Assembly: GCF_036321535.1 (NCBI RefSeq)
Contig: NC_087450.1
Location: 53,568,001-53,632,000 of the forward strand
Reading direction: 5' to 3'
DNA from: Camelus dromedarius
Lineage: Eukaryota
DNA: 64,000 nucleotides
A program made the translations under genes and the position numbers. Below are positions 62,434-64,000 of this stretch, piece by piece; the stretch's first letter is position 1, and the number at the start of each line of letters is the position of its first letter. The notes below the pieces were generated by a model. The model made no database searches. It worked only from the letters and a program-made list of their open reading frames with translations, and had not been told where the DNA came from.

Positions 62434-62774
62434 TGTTAAAAGATAAACTGAGGCATATAATAATTTTTGAGCATTTGCTTTAGCAAAAATCGATTCCAGT
62501 CAGACAGCACTCAACCAGATGTGGTCATGAGCAGTCCACTGACAGGAGCAGGGACAAGACATATAGGGAAGACACGGAAGCAAAGCAAGAAAGTTCTTTG
62601 ATTGCCGGTAAAGTCCTCAGTTGCCTAGTTCAGGAGAGCCTAGTTGGCTGTTGGTAACTGGCTGTGATTTCTTAACCTTGAGGCAATGTAGGCTTAGGTT
62701 TGCTTTGCTTCCTAGGCTACGTTAAGACATTAGATCCACCTCAGTCTAATGGCATCCTTGTTAAATTAATTTCA
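62434..62774 (-). mobile_element. ERV1-class solo LTR
   Basis: TG/CA ends ('tgttaaaagataaactgaggc...cacctcagtctaatggcatccttgttaaattaatttca') resemble Laurasiatherian ERV1 LTRs. No TSD is preserved. Confidence 0.75.
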
Positions 62775-62829
62775 TGTATTCCTTGTTATTTACAAATTAT
62801 TTCCTTTGCATTAATCTTAACTCTTCACA

Positions 62830-63000
62830 TTGACTGCGTGGTGTAATGGTTAAGAATTTGGACTCCGAGGGCAAGGTCACATTCCAACCCCACCTTCCCC
62901 AGCCGTATGGCCTTGGGCAATCCTCAGTTTCATCATCTGTAAAATGCCAATCCTAATAGTATCTATCCCTTTGGGATTGTAGCAAGGATAAAATACTGTA
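62830..63000 (+). mobile_element. MIR SINE
   Basis: 'gtggtgtaatggttaagaatttggactc...ccttgggcaatcctcagtttcatcatctgtaaaatgccaatcctaatagtatctatc'. Confidence 0.85.
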
Positions 63001-63699
63001 CCAGATAGCAGGGAAGCTCTCAAAGATTGCTGGATTTGTGTCCAAAGGTCACAGCAGCCCATCTGAAGGACAGCTCCTGACGGAAAATGATGCACCTTGA
63101 GTTTGAAAAATGAAAATAACCAAAAGGAACGAAACTTTAAATAAATACATACACAAAACTCCATGATTCATAAAAATCTTTAAAATGTCAGTGTTCACCT
63201 TAGAAGTTGTACGGGCACAAAGTCATTCTGAAAATTGATAAAAAGGAGGAGCCTATCCTTTTAAAAGATAATTAAATGTTATAGCACCTTTATCTCGTAT
63301 TAACTTATTAGCACAGAGTAAGGGTTCACTAATGTTACGCTTTACCGGACGACTAGAACATGTTTCTTCAGAGGAGAAAATGAATCATTTTCTTCCTTTT
63401 TTTTTTTTTTAATTTCTTCCTCCTTCTTTTGATGAATTGCCTCGAGTTTCCCAGTGGCCAGCACAGGCTTATGTTCTTAGTAGGTGCTCAACACGCGCTG
63501 ATCAATTCCCAGGTCAGAAGCCACAAGTCTTTCAATATCACATTCCTCTGCCTTTGACGTTGTAAGAGGCAGGATGAGAGAGCGCCACGAGCAGAAGGCG
63601 AGAGCTCTGGGAGGGCAACTGTGATCCAGGCAGGGACCCTCCCCTCCTCTCTCTGCCTCCCATGAATAGGAGCGAAGGAAGGACTCTGCTTTAAGAAAC

Positions 63700-63855
63700 C
63701 GATCATTAGAGCTCAAAGACACCGTTGCAAACACCCCATGCAACCCCCTTGTCTGCAGATGAAGGGACCGGGACTCTTGAAGGTTAAGTGACTCGCTCAA
63801 GATCACAAAGCCAGTCAGCTCGGCTCGAGCCCGGTGCTCTTTTCACTGTGCTGCT
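63700..63855 (-). mobile_element. MIR SINE
   Basis: 'tgcagatgaagggaccggg...aggttaagtgactcgctcaagatcacaaagcc'. Confidence 0.7.
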
Positions 63856-64000
63856 TCAAGTAAGTCACTGGGAAAGAAATTCAAAGCTCAGCTTTAAGAT
63901 TCCTGAGATGGATTTTCTGAGGCAACCAAGCTCAGCTCTGCTTCTGAAGAAAGGGAGGGGAGAGAAAGGAATGGTTTAAACCGCTCCAGACGACACGTGT

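Noticed and set aside
1-64000. CRISPR arrays, rRNA, operons, numt or viral coding inserts
   Set aside because: I saw no regularly spaced repeat-spacer structure, rRNA-like sequence, mitochondrial-like segment or gag/pol/env coding sequence. The LTRs are solo.

Overview
This is mammalian non-coding genomic DNA, almost certainly from a camelid (Camelus or Vicugna). The evidence is three tRNA-Ala-derived SINEs of the camelid vic-1 type, cetartiodactyl-type L1 3' ends, and no recognisable ruminant (BovA/BovB/CHR) or suid (PRE) SINEs. I recognise no protein-coding exon, rRNA, true tRNA gene, CRISPR array or prokaryotic feature. The only ORF-track peptides I can assign to a family are transposon remnants: L1 ORF2 C-terminus, L2 reverse transcriptase and a Tigger-type HTH. 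The window is a mosaic of ancient eutherian repeats (MIR, L2, MLT1/MLT2, MER5A, MER82, Tigger1 derivative, L1ME, HAL1) and a few younger insertions with target-site duplications (TSDs), separated by repeat-poor blocks that look like enhancer DNA. Four N gaps are present, three of them in or abutting L1 copies. Repeat family names come from recalled consensus sequences, and boundaries without a stated TSD are approximate. I cannot establish a new biological system from this sequence alone. The best leads are three. First, the window may lie inside a long minus-strand transcription unit, based on repeat orientation bias and several splice-site-bounded non-coding exon candidates. Second, there are two separate triple-half-site DR1 nuclear-receptor arrays that share the same perfect 13-mer. 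Third, several compact transcription-factor motif clusters sit in repeat-free DNA.
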